Below, piece after piece: positions 38,940 through 54,310 of a DNA stretch of 64,000 bases. Positions within the stretch are counted from its first letter, which is position 1, and each line of letters begins with the position of its first letter. The notes beneath the pieces are model-generated. The model was given only the letters and a program-made list of their open reading frames with translations. It ran no database searches and was not told where the DNA came from. A program made the position numbers and the translations under genes. Origin of the DNA: Octopus vulgaris (Eukaryota); assembly GCA_951406725.2 (NCBI GenBank), contig OX597837.1:1240001-1304000 (forward strand), written 5' to 3'.

Positions 38940-40802
38940 TATTAGTGTTTTTATGTGTAAGTGTGATTATCACTGAATAAATGGCGAAAGTTGAAGTCTC
39001 AGACAACTTAAAATATTTAATGAATTTTATTCCACTAAATTTATAGTTTCACCTTCAATAAGTGTGTAGTTATTTTCAAATTGGTCAATAACAAATAACA
39101 CACACACACATACACACATACACACATTCGCACCTGCATATCCACATGTACTAAATATAGATGTAACTTGGCAACATGTGTCGTTCAGTGTTTCTGTTAT
39201 AAACCCTACCTTAGTGCTAACTATTACGTCAGGTGATATCATTTACGTAACAGTAGAAATTAGAATCTTTAACCTAACATGTTACGAAAATCGTTGTGAG
39301 CGCCACGTAATCGGGAAAGCAATGTAACAAAATGCTTCTATTATCCATCTGCTTGTCTGTTTGTCTGTCTATCCTGTGTGTGTGTGTGTGTGTGTTTTAC
39401 CTTGAAATTTACTTTATTAACGACGTCCACAGGAATCGCTATCAGATACTATTATATAACGAAAATAGATCGCTTTGCTGATAATATATCTAATATATAA
39501 CTGAAAATCCGTAAATATTAGTGGATATATATATATATATACATGTGTGTGTGTGTGCGTGTGTAGGGAGAGGGACAGATGAGGGGGGAGGGGAGGAAGA
39601 AAGGGTCCCAAAGCCTGCTGTTATCGGTCGTTGAGCTGACGTCTCAATAAAATGATTGAGATGAAGAAAGGGGAGCAGTATCTTATTTTAAAAAAGTACT
39701 CCTAGTTTTGTACAAGACCCATAGAGAATAACAAAAGAAACCAATTGCAGACTTCTTGCAGGCAACGCTGCCTGAGCACATATATATATATAAAAAGCGT
39801 TCCCAGCATAGCCAACACGTCTTTTTATTGGCGCACACAGTGCTTTTTGGACTACCTTATCCAGCGCAGCCCACATCTTTTTAAGCTACGGAAGGTCTGG
39901 TATAAGTGTAATTTGGTTAATGTTCTTAGCACGTAAAGGTATCGCACAGCGTAACGATTGCCACTTGGGGATCAGCAAAGAAATGACTGGCAGCACAGGT
40001 GACAAACCTTTCAAAACGTGCAGTTTTTGGAAGAATTTAAAGTAAGGGGTTGTTGCGACTGAAATGGCTGGGAATAACTAACACAGTGGCGGTTTCATGA
40101 TAGTGGAGGTCTATCAGCAAAATATTCCAGTCATAAACATCACAGTTTTTTTTTCTAAATTTTATAAGCCGACATTATGAGGTCATTTGTCTATCTTAGA
40201 ACGCTTTTCGATACATATATATGCTCAGTCAGCGTTTTCTTGTAGTAAACAACAAGAAAAACAACAAAGGTGTCAGCTACAACAAAAATGGCACCGATGC
40301 CAACTGTAATAATGGATGCTCGATTTGAGCAAAAATACGAAAGACATAAATATATCAAAATGTTTCTAGAAATATGATTAAAATCTGTTTGTCACCGTTT
40401 AAGAAAGGTGCAGCAACGAAGTGTATATACGTTCTGGTACATACATTAATAAAGTTATATTTTTTATACCCTTCTATAACCACACCCAAATTATAGAGTT
40501 TCACCAGCTTAGGGCAAGGAATTCGGTTAGTGGGAATATAATGCAACTAAAATTGGTTAAAAAATAAACAACATGCATACAACCATATATGGTGTACTGT
40601 TCCGTTGTTGATAGGATCAACACACACACACACGCACATACACACACACATACGCACGATTATGAGGTAGTATATTATTTTAGAAATCACAGACAAAGAA
40701 AACAAATATATTTATTTCAGTTTATTTGTTTTTAAAAAGTCACTTTAAATGTCTGGAAATATAAATTATTAATAAATACTCGCATGGGCATATATACATA
40801 TG

Positions 40803-40861
<59 letters not shown>

Positions 40862-41000
40862 ATATATATATATGTATATATATATTCACTTATGTGTATA
40901 TGCATGTCTGTGTCAATAAAAACACTGGCCAATATTGTTGCAAGTTTGTTTACTTGTTTAACATTAAACGTTTCGTACATATTCTCTCACTGATGTTTTC

Positions 41001-41057
<57 letters not shown>

Positions 41058-41524
41058 TACATACACAATACGCTTGCAAGGATATATATATAGAGAGCGA
41101 AGAGAGGATAAAATAGCTGTAACTGTGTAACGTGTCATAAATGTAATCAATAAACATAGCGTACAAGTACCTTATCGATCAGTTAGAGAGTGTATAAATT
41201 CATTTTCAAATTTTCAGACTGAAGACCCCCATGAGATAACTTACTGAATTATGTTATATTTCTGCAATAAAAATTATCCTAAAACTAATACATAAAATAA
41301 AAGAAACACTAAAAATACTATGTGGTCAGTGTCGAAACAACAGACCAAGTGTTTACAACCTTATATTTTCACAAATATTTTGAGTGATTTTCGAAATATC
41401 GTAAAATTCATATCAAAATTTTATGGAAACCCTACAGCGGTCTTATTTTCATGAAGTGCTAAATGAAACAATGTTTCAGAGAAAATTTATTAAAATAAGA
41501 AATAAGGAAATATGTTCGCTCTTC

Positions 41525-41748
41525 TATCTTTTACTTGGTGCAGTCATTAGAATGCGGCCACGCTGGGGCTACGCCTTGAAGAATTTTTAATCGAATTAAT
41601 TGACCCTAGTACGTATTTTTTAAGCGTGGTACTTGTTTATCCGGCTTCTTTTGATTAACCACTAAGTTACAAGGAGATTAACTCACCAACACTGATTTTC
41701 AGACCATGGTGGGGGTCAGACAGAAAGACACGCGCACGCACACACACA

Positions 41749-41798
<50 letters not shown>

Positions 41799-42192
41799 GG
41801 AGGTGCAAAAGTAGGTATATAGTAAGTATCACGTCAACGTTATAATACTTAATTCACTAGAATTATTAGCACATTAAATTAGTTAACCTGATTATTGATA
41901 TTTTCAGTGTCATTAATCATAATAATTCATTTGTCATAACTACAGTAATACTTTTATCGTAACTTTATATTTTGTTTTGATAAAAATAAATCAGTGTTGT
42001 ACGCGTTTACTTTTTTTTTTTTTTGTATAACTTTTGCACCACCCTGTATACACGGGGCTTTTTTCAGTTTCTGTCTACCAAATCCATTCACAAGACTTTG
42101 GTCATCCCTAGGCTATAGTAGAAGACATTTGCCTAAGTTGCCACACAGTGGGTCTGAACCTGGAACCATGTGGCTGGAAAGCAAACTTCTTA
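41525..42192 (-). mobile_element. SINE family B interrupted by a MITE
   Basis: 3' half 41525-41730 and 5' half 42050-42192 match other family B copies. Confidence 0.8.
41797..42046. mobile_element. Tc1/mariner-type MITE
   Basis: TA|caggaggtgcaaaagt ... acttttgcaccaccctg|TA: terminal inverted repeats with TA flanks and an AT-rich interior. Confidence 0.8.
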
Positions 42193-42660
42193 TGCCAAGT
42201 TTATTCAAAAACTTTATTCTGAAAATGGTGAATACCATTTTATGTTTCTGAACTGAGCCTGGAGTATTGTTACTGGTCATAGGTCTATTCGTTCACAGTC
42301 AACCTTGGGTTACACAACATGTCTACCATGTCGTTCACCTCTAACGTCAGCCCCTTCACTCACAACAGCACGAGTAAATCGCCACCACTACCAACAGCAA
42401 CGATTACAAAAATACCCAAGGGCATCAGCACACAGCAATCAACCGCTGGACCACCACCGCATCGTCATCATCATCATCATCATAATCGTCATCATGATCG
42501 TCATTTCCACAACGATAGCTTTAACAACACCAACTTTCAGGACCACAACATTTGCAACAACAACAGCACTCACCGAAACTATCAACACCTCTAACAACAA
42601 TCATCATAAACAACAACAACAACTTAACGAACACCTTATATGCCCATGACCACCACACCG

Positions 42661-42694
<34 letters not shown>

Positions 42695-43508
42695 AACTAC
42701 TACTACTACTACTACTACAGCTGCTGCTGCTCTCTGCTCAGGAGGACCACCTGCACTATTACCACCACCACCATTACCCCCAGTCTCCTCTGCCTCAGCC
42801 CACTACCATTACCAGTACCACATTGACAGTTATCCTCCCCGAAACGCCATCCCCAAAACCACCAATCTCTAAGATTAATCATTAATCACGCACCCACTCC
42901 CAACACCGCCAATACAACCAGATTAATCACAAGCAACACCAACACCACTACTATTAGCATCACAGCTTCTATTACTAACACCGGCATCGCCACCACTAGG
43001 ACCAATATCGCCACTACATGCACCACCGACACCCCCGGCACCAACACCAGCGATCCACCCTCCAGAACCACTACTTCCACCACCACCGTCGCCGCCAACG
43101 CCAACGCCCATGAAAACAATCAAAACAAAAATGACCATTTAAACATCGTCCAGTTTTGATTTGGACATTTAAAATCAATTTCCTGCCTGAATTCACGACT
43201 GAGCACGTTTTGATCTCCCCATCCATATGTTCGATTCACCACCCTCTTCCTTCCTTTCTTCACTCCCCAACACCATCACCACCGCCAATGCCACCACCAT
43301 TGTCACCTGCGCCCTCTACGTTTGACCGCACAGCTCTGTCGATCCATCTCATCGTCCCAGCCATATCAAATTGTTCGATGGAAATGTTTGAATAAATCTC
43401 TCCGCACAAATCCATTCTAAAATATTGTTGTCGTTGTTGTTGTTGTTCTTGTTCTTGTTGTTCTTGTTCTTGTTGTTCTTGTTCTTATTGTTATTATTAT
43501 TATTGTTA

Positions 43509-43574
<66 letters not shown>

Positions 43575-43575
<1 letters not shown>

Positions 43576-43770
43576 GGCGACGAGCTGCAGGAACCGTTAG
43601 CACGCCGAGCAAGCTACTTAGCGGCATTTCGTCCGCCTCGACGTTCTGAGTTCAAATGCTGCCGAAGCCGACTATACCTTTCATCCTTTCAGGAACGATA
43701 AAATTAGTACCAGTTGAATACCGGGGGTCGATTTAATCGATTCAGTCCCTCCTCCAAACATGCTGACCCT
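43575..43770 (+). mobile_element. SINE family A
   Basis: ggcgacgagctgcaggaaccgttagcacgccg...ccttcatcctttc; preceded by (ATT)n. Confidence 0.85.
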
Positions 43771-43884
43771 GTGTATGGTGTGTGTGTGTGTATGTGTGTG
43801 TGTGTGTGTATATATATATATACATACATACATACATACATACATACATACATACATACATACATACATACATACATACATGAA

Positions 43885-44180
43885 GGCGCATGGCTTAGTG
43901 GTTAGTGTGTTGCAGTCACGATTGCGAGATCTTGAGTTCGATTCCCAGACCGGGCGTTGCATTGTGTTCTTGGGCAAAGCACTTCATTTCACGTTGCTCT
44001 GCGATCATTTCGTCATCTGACTTGGGACAATCGTTGCACCTGTACAGGTAATGTCGATCTAATGGAGGGAGTGAGCTGAGGTGTACACAATCATTTGATC
44101 ACTATAAACAAATCATCTGTGTGGTTCGATAAGAAATTGTCGAACCCTCTTACGTCGTCTAACGACGGGTGAGTCCATCA
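43885..44180 (+). mobile_element. SINE family C
   Basis: ggcgcatggcttagtggttag...gagttcgattcccagaccggg...ttcttgggcaaagcacttcatttc. Confidence 0.85.
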
Positions 44181-44196
44181 TATATGTCTGTGTGTA

Positions 44197-44420
44197 TTCT
44201 TTTATTCTTTTACTTGTTTGTCATTTGACTGCAGCCATGCTGGAGCACCACCTTTAGTTAGACAAATCGACCCCAGGACTTATTCTTTGTAAGCCTAGTA
44301 CCTATTCTATCAGTCTCTTATGCCGAACCGCTTTGCTACAGGGACGTAAACACACCAGCATCGGTTATCAAGCGATGGTGGGTGAAGGGACAAAGACAGA
44401 CTCACAAATACATACATACA

Positions 44421-44466
<46 letters not shown>

Positions 44467-44625
44467 GGGACGAGCTTCTTTCAGTTTCTGCCTACCACAT
44501 CCATTCACAAGCCTTTGGTCAGCCCGAGTCTATATTTGAAGACACTTGCCCAAGGTGACACGCAGTGTAACTGAACCCGGATCCATGTGGTTGGAAAGCA
44601 AGCTTCTTACCACACAGCCACTCCG
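44197..44625 (-). mobile_element. SINE family B, full length
   Basis: Collinear with 4895-5343; internal (TACA)/(TA) tract. Confidence 0.9.
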
Positions 44626-44916
44626 TCAACCATCTACTTCATTCCTTTTGTAACTTACTGCATCTTGTCCTCCGTTCTTTCAACACACTTTCACTCTCTC
44701 TCCCTCTCCTTTTCTCTCTCTCCCTCTCTTTTCTCTCTCTCCCGCTCCTTTTCTCTTTCTCCCCCTCTCTGCTCTATTCTTTCTCATTTATTTTCAGTCT
44801 CCTTTCACCTTTTCTGTCCCTTAATGTGTAAACAAATTGGGACAGATGTGGACCCAGAATGTTAATTATTTACACCACCATTATATACTGGAACCTCTCA
44901 ACCCGACCGCGCTGCA

Positions 44917-44999
<83 letters not shown>

Positions 45000-45239
45000 T
45001 CTTTCCGAGCTTAACTCTTCCATTCCAATCAATTGTGGTTCCACCCATCGCATCATGTATCCATCTAGCCATACAAACACAACTATGCCCCTCAGACAGA
45101 CAGATGAAGAGACAGAAAGAGAATGGCCAGAGAGAAAGAGATTAAGTCACAGTTGAAATGGAGAGAGTAAAAACAAGGTAGAGAGAAAGTGAGGGGGTGA
45201 GAGACACAGACTGACATAAAGAGTAGGAAACAGGTACAG

Positions 45240-45279
<40 letters not shown>

Positions 45280-46475
45280 AGTGACTGTGAGAGATGTAAA
45301 GAGCGTAGCATTAAGTGATTGCAAGTATGTGTGTGCGTGTGAAAGAGAGAGAGAGACAGAGAGACAGACAGACAGAGAGCGGTTAGGAGCGAGATTAGAG
45401 GCAGGCAAACAGGCGAAAAGAAGAGAGGCAGACAGACAGACAGGCAAACAGATTGACCGACCGAGTGACATTGTAGCCAGGCATGCAGGGGCACACATCA
45501 ACACATAATTATACGTACACGCACGAACTGATAGATAAGAGTAGAAATATGATCAGAGACGGGGTGGGGAGAGAGATGAGGGTATTAAATAAACAAACAG
45601 ACGTTTAGAGAGTCTGGCAAACATTTGAGTACACACCCACACCCACCCACACACACACACACACACATACATACACACACTAAATAAAAATAATTACACC
45701 CAGTTAAATATTGTAGAACACTACCCATCCATCCATTTCGAAATGCTGTTTCTTGAAAGATAAAGAATTTGGAAAAATGTACGCCGCAATAACTGAGATC
45801 ATTAACAATATTATAATGAAGGTGAGAAAGTCATTATTATTTTATGACGATTCTTTCTGGCATAGAAAACAGGGAAATAAGTTAACTTTCCAATGTGTCC
45901 AACGGTAACTTGCTTCGAACACATGTTTTAAATTTGCTCGGATTGTAAAGCTTGTATACGTATAGGGATTTACAGAGATGACGGACTTGCCATATCCCAT
46001 AACATAAACACGTACAACATGGAAAATAATGCGAAAGAGACCAATGATCCATTTTTAAGAAGTTGATTTTAAAATTTTGATGAATACATGCGGAAAATAT
46101 GACCTTTATAACAAAACTTTAAACCGAAATAATTATAAATACCGTCCACTACCGTTAACTCGAGTAGGGAGCAATATATAAAGGGTACAGCAGCACTCTG
46201 AACCTGATTATTCCATTTATTATGTAATATTAGCAGATTCAGAGAAATTTTCCTCATATTCGGTGCAATGTTCTACAAAATACTTTTAAGTAGAAGTGTT
46301 TTAACACCAAGCTAACTCATGAAGGAGTTCACTTATCAAATAATGTGGAAGGTAAAAACATAAAGGAAAGATTCGGTTTAACACCCTCGGTGTTTAAATG
46401 TATCAAGAACTGTTAGGACCTCCGTAGACATCTCATCACTTCTCGTAGACGTTACACAATAGTCATACGAAATAG

Positions 46476-46668
46476 GGCGCTGAGCTGGCAGAATCGTTAG
46501 CACACCGGGCGAAATACTTAGCGGTATTTCGTCTGCCGTTACGTTCTGAGGTCAACTTTACCTTTCATCCTTTCGGGGTCGATTAAATATGTACCACTGA
46601 GGTCGATGTAATCGACTTCATCCCTTGGTCTGTCCTTGTTTCTCCCCTGTGGGCAATAAAGAAATAAA
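46476..46668 (+). mobile_element. SINE family A with internal deletions
   Basis: Intact head; TSD tcatacgaaat at 46463-46473 and 46672-46682. Confidence 0.85.
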
Positions 46669-46906
46669 TATTCATACGAAATTTTAATATATCTTTCTGG
46701 TTTTTCTTTCTAACCTCTGCTCATCTTTATTCTGGTGAAGTTGTAACGCCCAAAACGTTAAAGCTCCCGCTTTCACTATTTGAAGCATTAAACTAACACT
46801 GTTTTTGTCAACATTTTTTTTTCTACAATGTTCTTTCTAATGACTATATTCATTGCAGAAACAACACATATATCCATATGTATATGTGTGTCTGTATAAA
46901 TATACA

Positions 46907-46943
<37 letters not shown>

Positions 46944-47381
46944 GAATTTATACGTGTGTATGTACATATCTATGTATGTGTGTGTATGTATGCTTAATTG
47001 TATATGTGTGTGTATTAAGAGCAGCTTTCTTTTCAGAATATATTATTCCAAACATAACCATACTTCTCCAGTCTTAACCTATATTTTTCATGTTTTAATA
47101 AGGAATATTTTTGTTGTTCCAGTCCCTCATTAGTATTTATATGTTTCGTTGAAAACAATAAAGTTGCTTGGTCCTGCGTTGTTTCAAGTCCTTTTAGGGC
47201 TTATCTTCAGAATGAAATGATTTTAGTGACGCTTGTTATTGCTGTTTTATTGCAGGGGAGAACCATGGGAAAGTTTTTGTCACTTTTTCTCATTCATTAT
47301 ATTATCGCCAGACAGGAATTTAGCGTTTATTTTTGTAGCCTGCAAAATTTCAGCGTAGCTTTTTATGTCTTGTCTTCAACC

Positions 47382-47430
<49 letters not shown>

Positions 47431-47549
47431 GTATATATGTATGTATGTGTGTGTGTGTGTACAATATATATATGTGTGTAAGATTATATACACACATACA
47501 TTCACACACACACACACAATTTCTGCAGATATTTATTGTGTTGGGTGTA

Positions 47550-47905
47550 AAATTGCTGGAGCGTCGGACCGTAGAGAAAGTCCAGACTAAATGTCTAGAG
47601 TTACACTACGTCCTGAGTTCAAACTTCACTGTGGTCAGCTTTGCGTTTCATTTTTCCAGGGTCGATAAAAATATTGTACCAGTTACATCAATGACATTTC
47701 TGACCTTGAGCTTGGTAGATTTGGTTGAGCATCGAGAAAAAAGAAATGCATTGAAGTATTTATTCCAAATCTTTACCCCCTGAGTTCAAATACTTGTGAA
47801 GTCAGCTTCGCATTTCAACCGTCCGGGGGTGATGATAAAATAAATACTAGGACCAATGATATCGACTACCTCGACCCTCAACACTGCATGCCATGTGTCT
47901 ATATT
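47550..47905 (+). mobile_element. Old tandem family-A-related SINE units
   Basis: Two ctgagttcaaa..gtcagctt.gc.tttca..ggg.tcgat/gataaaa units. Confidence 0.6.
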
Positions 47906-48084
47906 AGACACGATGATCGTATTTGATGGTATAAATGACACCCGGGTACACTATATACATCCCAAAATGCAGCCGCGCCTCTTCTGGTGAAGGAAAGACG
48001 TTGTTAATGCATTAAAGGATGAAATAATATTTAAAATAATCTAGCGGTCCAATGCAAAACATTAAAAACGTCGCACACATAGTG

Positions 48085-48243
48085 GTGTACCCTTATCAGG
48101 CGGGTAGTCATGATGGGTGAATTAGGCTTCGTATATTCCATGTGTCTTCGACTTGTTTCACGTGGCTTTCCAGGATTTTTGGAGCCATCTTACCTACTAC
48201 ATACGTGTTACTGTGATGGCATTCATTGCTCTCTTACTCAACA
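48085..48243 (+). mobile_element. End fragment of the 19003-19558 element, carrying a foreign insert
   Basis: gtgtacccttatcag.cgggtagtcatgatggg...tgatggcattcattgctctcttactcaa followed by (TAG)/(TAA)n. Confidence 0.75.
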
Positions 48244-48258
48244 GTAGTAGTAGTAGTA

Positions 48259-48309
<51 letters not shown>

Positions 48310-48334
48310 TAGTAATAATGATAATAATAATAAT

Positions 48335-48625
48335 CGTTTCTACTTCAGGCACAAGGTCTGAAGTTTGGAAGTGGGGGTAGTCGATTGCTTGACTGGTTCT
48401 TATTTCATCGACTCTGAACGGATGAAAGGCAAATTCTACCTGGGCTGAATTTGAACTCTGACTGCAACGGTTTCAAATTTTGCTACAAGGGCAGCCATTT
48501 TTGGAAGAAGGGACTAGTCGATCACTTCGACCCAAGTACTTGACTGGTACTTAATTTATCGATTCCGAAAGGATGAAAGGCAAAGTCGACCTCGGCGGTG
48601 CAAATGATTCTACCAGCTCGTCGCA
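48335..48625 (-). mobile_element. SINE family A tandem units
   Basis: Two ctggt.ctta.ttt.atcga..ggatgaaaggcaaa units. Confidence 0.8.
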
Positions 48626-48643
48626 ATAATAATAATAATAATA

Positions 48644-48753
<110 letters not shown>

Positions 48754-48815
48754 GTAAATATTGTTATGGAGTCAGGTTAGGTAGAAGAGACCGTCTGGAT
48801 TAAAATTAGTTTATT

Positions 48816-49013
48816 CTGTAATACCGCGCCATATCGGGCTTCACCTTTCGCAGTTTACTTAAAAGCTTATGCCGATTCCTCCGTGATGTTGTTTTGCTTT
48901 TATAATAAAATAAATATATACAAATTATAAAGATACTTTTTAAAAATATATACAGTACAATACTGTTTATACTCCGCGAATTTTCACCTTTCGCGATAGT
49001 CGAGGGATTACCG
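48816..49013. mobile_element. Probable pogo/Tigger-like MITE, decayed
   Basis: Left ctgtaataccgcgccatatcg versus right-end reverse complement cggtaatccctcgactatcgcg; AT-rich interior. Confidence 0.5.
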
Positions 49014-49584
49014 TTGTAGTGAGCAACAGAGACAAAATTAGCTGAAAGGAAGCCCAACGTCTCATACAGGATGCAGTGTGGTTTCGTTGCTTTTCTTTTG
49101 TCTGACAGAACAAAGTGACTCTTACCGTGAAATACAGTATTATTACTAATATCAACAGCGCTATCGCCACGACGGTGACGACGACGACGACAACCACCAA
49201 TGCCACCGCCAACATCATCATCACGATCATTATCGTCATCATCATTATCATCATCATCGGGTCATGTAGTTCTTTTCTATTTAACCAAGAATTTCTTGGC
49301 GTGCGTGTGTGTGTCTTGTCGGAATGCAAGAGTCAGAGGTGTGTTTCTTAGAAACAAACGCTATGTTTCTTAAAAAGGGGCCGACAATACAATGATGTTG
49401 CGTGATTCCTCGCCAATGAAACAATGGATTCGCACATTCCATGTGTCTTTCGACTTGTTTCATGTGGCTTTCCAGGATTTTTGGAGCCATGCTACCTAAT
49501 ACATACGTGTATATTTGGCTAAAACTGATTAATCTGTCTCACTTCTCTTTGCACATATACGCAAATATGTGTTTGTCTAGCTGT

Positions 49585-49626
<42 letters not shown>

Positions 49627-50383
49627 GACAATATACATACATGCTCATAGACACCACATGAGATGGGTGTGTATGCGTATATTAAAGATAGGTATCGAAG
49701 GAGATGCATATATAAGCAAACAGATTCTTACACACACATCCACACATTAATACGTTTCCGCATTCATACAGGTACACGAATACGTGGAAACCCGTGCTTA
49801 TACACGTATATTCTTGGGTGTATGTGTCTCTGTATGCTTGTGTATGAGCATGGCCATTTGTGCTTTTGTGTTTGTAGCGTCGTATTTTTCAGCTTTTGAT
49901 GTCTGTTCTCACTGTGAGATTACAGAATGAGGAGGACTGTGGTGCTCCAAGTCTTCTTCCTATTCTTTTTTTCACCAATTTGTGGAATAATCAATGGGAT
50001 ACACGAAAAAAAAAGAAACACCTACGCATAGGCATACGCATATGCAGAAAAGCGTATACACACGCAAATGGTAGAATGTACGCAGATGCATACCAGAAGG
50101 CAGAGAAATACGTACAAAGGTGTATCACATATACAGACGCTCGCGTGAGCATAAATACAGAAACATTCGCATGCAGATGCACATACACACACACAGATTT
50201 ATACACATAAATTGAAACGCACACGCACATACAATGACGCAAACATACAGACATACCCATGCATACACGCTCATTTGGAAAATCCACGCAAGAAATTAAC
50301 TCCTTCCTTTTTATTCCCAAATTTTCTCAATAATAATAATAATGATAATGATAATAACAATAATAATGATGATGATGATGATG

Positions 50384-50420
<37 letters not shown>

Positions 50421-50436
50421 CAACAACAATAATGAC

Positions 50437-50900
50437 TTCAAATTTGGGCAGAAGGCCAGCAATTTCGGGAGAGGGTGCAAGAAGACGATTACATTGACTT
50501 CCAGTGCTCAACTGGCAAGTATTTTACGGGCTCCGAAGGGATGAAAGGCAAAGTCGACCACGGCAGAATATGAATTCAGAACGTAGCGACGGATGAAATA
50601 CCTATTTCTTTACTACCCACAAGGGGCTAAACACAGAGGAGAGAAACAAGGACAGACAGACGGATTAAGTCAATTATATCGATCCAAGTGCATAACTGGT
50701 ACTTATTTAATCGGCTCCGAAAGGATGAAATGCAAAATCGAGCTCGGCGGAATTTGAACTCAAAACGTAAAGACAACAACCTACCACTAAGCATTCAGGC
50801 CAGCAATTTTGCAGGAGGGGGCTTCTCGATTTCATCGACCCCAGTGCTCACCTGATATTTATTTTATCGATCCTCAAACGATGGAAAGCTAAGTCGAAAG
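50437..50900 (-). mobile_element. SINE family A multimer (three units, two tail types)
   Basis: Three repeats of the central domain; junction gaaatacc|tatttctttact is the inverse of the 11717 junction. Confidence 0.85.
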
Positions 50901-51136
50901 AGAAAAGCTAATTTCTGATATGCAATATAAAGGGAGTACGTGCGTCCTTCATATATGTATATATAGATATAAATATATATATACACATATATATACATAT
51001 ATACGTGTATATACATACGTATACGTATATATACACACATATATACATGTATATACATATATATTAACAAATATATATAAATATATATATGTGCATGTAT
51101 ATATATATTTGTTTATAATATATGTATGTTCATGTA

Positions 51137-51182
<46 letters not shown>

Positions 51183-51329
51183 CACGTATATATGTATATA
51201 TATATATGTATATATATTTTTATGTATATATACGTAATGTGTGTATATATGTATATGTATGTAAATGGCGGTGCCCCAGCATGGCCACAGCTTGTGAGCT
51301 GAAACTAGATAAAGAAAAGATGTATGTAT

Positions 51330-51377
<48 letters not shown>

Positions 51378-51458
51378 GTATGTTTACACATGTATATACA
51401 TTTGTATGTATGTATATACATGTATATATATGTACATATATATACATATATTTATATA

Positions 51459-51532
<74 letters not shown>

Positions 51533-51851
51533 TGTATGTATGGTGAATGTAAAAATGATCAAAGAAATTTCCTACTGAACTCATCAACTAAAAGGTGTCA
51601 AACATCCTCGCCAAATCTTATCACCTATTTTCAAACACTGCCTAATCTAACATCACCTGACTCTACTTCTGTTATCTCACCCGAAAAACTCCGAAATATA
51701 CCGAAACCTACCGGACCTAGCTAAATGTCGTATCAATGGGTACACATGTAATACACGGAAAACAACTTTTAATGCACAACCACGATTGATATATATCTAT
51801 ATCTCTCTCTCTATATATCTCTCTATATATAGATATATATCTATCTATCTA

Positions 51852-51895
<44 letters not shown>

Positions 51896-52378
51896 AATAT
51901 CAGACGATATTAATATCAAAAAATATTGTAATATATCACAGGTATTAGAAAATATAACACACTAATATAACCATGATATTAATGTATAAAGTATTGTAAT
52001 ATATCATCGATATCAATGAGGAAAAATCAAAGGATCTGGAGGGTGATAGAGTGAGCTAGTTTGCATACATCTATTTATTTGAGGTTCCAATAGGTTCTGT
52101 GTGTGTGTGTATGTGTGTGTATACTCATGTGTGACTGAGGGTGTCAGGAGCTTGCAGACTTCTCTCTCTCTCTCTCGCATTTATATACATATACATACAT
52201 ATACATATATATCTATATACCCATATATATACATATATATCTATATATACATATATATACACATATATACAAATGTTTGTGTTTGTGTATGTATTTATAA
52301 ACGCACAGTAATGCCAAATATGTATATATACTTACATATTTTATAATCGCACATATAAGTGCCTGTGTAAGTCTTAAA

Positions 52379-52419
<41 letters not shown>

Positions 52420-52467
52420 CATATTCACGCTTATATGTATATATCTTTATGTATTATATTTGTATTC

Positions 52468-52501
<34 letters not shown>

Positions 52502-52974
52502 TCTTGTAAGTATGTATGTATGTGTGTATGCATTTATTTGAAATGTATTCTATACACAGATATCTATGTATGTATATGCACAACCGCACCTCAATTTGTA
52601 AATAGTAGCAAGAAACCCACAATTAGTACTCGATAACAAATAGTCTTACTAATTGCTAATAAACCTGTCTCCTGGGGCCAGGCTACTCAGGATTTCCAGT
52701 TGCAGTCTTTAAGAATTTCATAAATTGTGTTTAAGTTATTGGACTCCGGCCATGCTGGGGCAAATCTTTTCGAGGTTTACTAGATCATATTAACTCTAGT
52801 ATTGATGAGAACTTCTAGTATTTATTTTATTGAGTGTATTTTTTAACTCATGTTACATAAGCAGAACGCGTCGACGATAAGGTTATAGGCTACGATTAAT
52901 TAATTACTGAGAATAAAATGAAATACAACATATGTGTATTACTGTCAAATGACACATCCAGAGTGTTATATTCA

Positions 52975-53094
52975 TCGTTACTTACTTCATCTTCTTCCTT
53001 TCGGGTCGATAAAACTTGTACCAATATAACACTAGGGTCGATGTAGTTGACTAATCCCTTTCTTCAAAATTGTCAGCCTTGTGTCTTAGTAGAA

Positions 53095-53095
<1 letters not shown>
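52975..53095 (+). mobile_element. SINE family A, 3' fragment
   Basis: ttcctttcgggtcgataaaa..gtacca..gggtcgatgta..gccttgtg; a similar fragment lies at 54315-54465. Confidence 0.7.
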
Positions 53096-53901
<806 letters not shown>

Positions 53902-54154
53902 TTTGCTTTGTATTTGTGCACGTTGGCTTCAAGTCTCATCATGAGTCCACAAGAGACAACAAGTTAGAAGTTTATGATGGTGTTATGATGGTGTTAGAAG
54001 TTTATGAAAACATAAGAAAATTATAAGTTTGTTTTAACATTTGAGATTACATAGACAATATTCTACGTAGGATATGAGCAGTTCCCATGAGCACTATCTT
54101 TTGAATTTCTGCCATTTTGGGGTTTCTTGGTATCTGAGCTAGGTAGGAATCAGC

Positions 54155-54157
<3 letters not shown>
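53902..54157 (-). mobile_element. 3' end of a second R4/Dong-like family
   Basis: ADSYLAQIPRNPKMAEIQKIVLMGTAHILRRILSM* parallels LQKTALLGTGRIL; short 3' UTR; flanked by (AGT)n and (ATT)n. Confidence 0.8.
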
Positions 54158-54239
<82 letters not shown>

Positions 54240-54265
54240 GTTATTATTATTACTATTATTATTAC

Positions 54266-54310
<45 letters not shown>

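Noticed and set aside
39680-40330. Possible decayed LINE; also 23230-23460
   Set aside because: Only a few residues of resemblance, not enough to call without a profile search.
42298-43400. His/Thr/Pro/Asn-rich ORFs after an acceptor-like ttcacag
   Set aside because: Degenerate CAC/CAA/CAT/TAC triplet sequence, open in several frames, with stops in each and no clear donor; similar tracts at 8170-9110 and 49140-49260.
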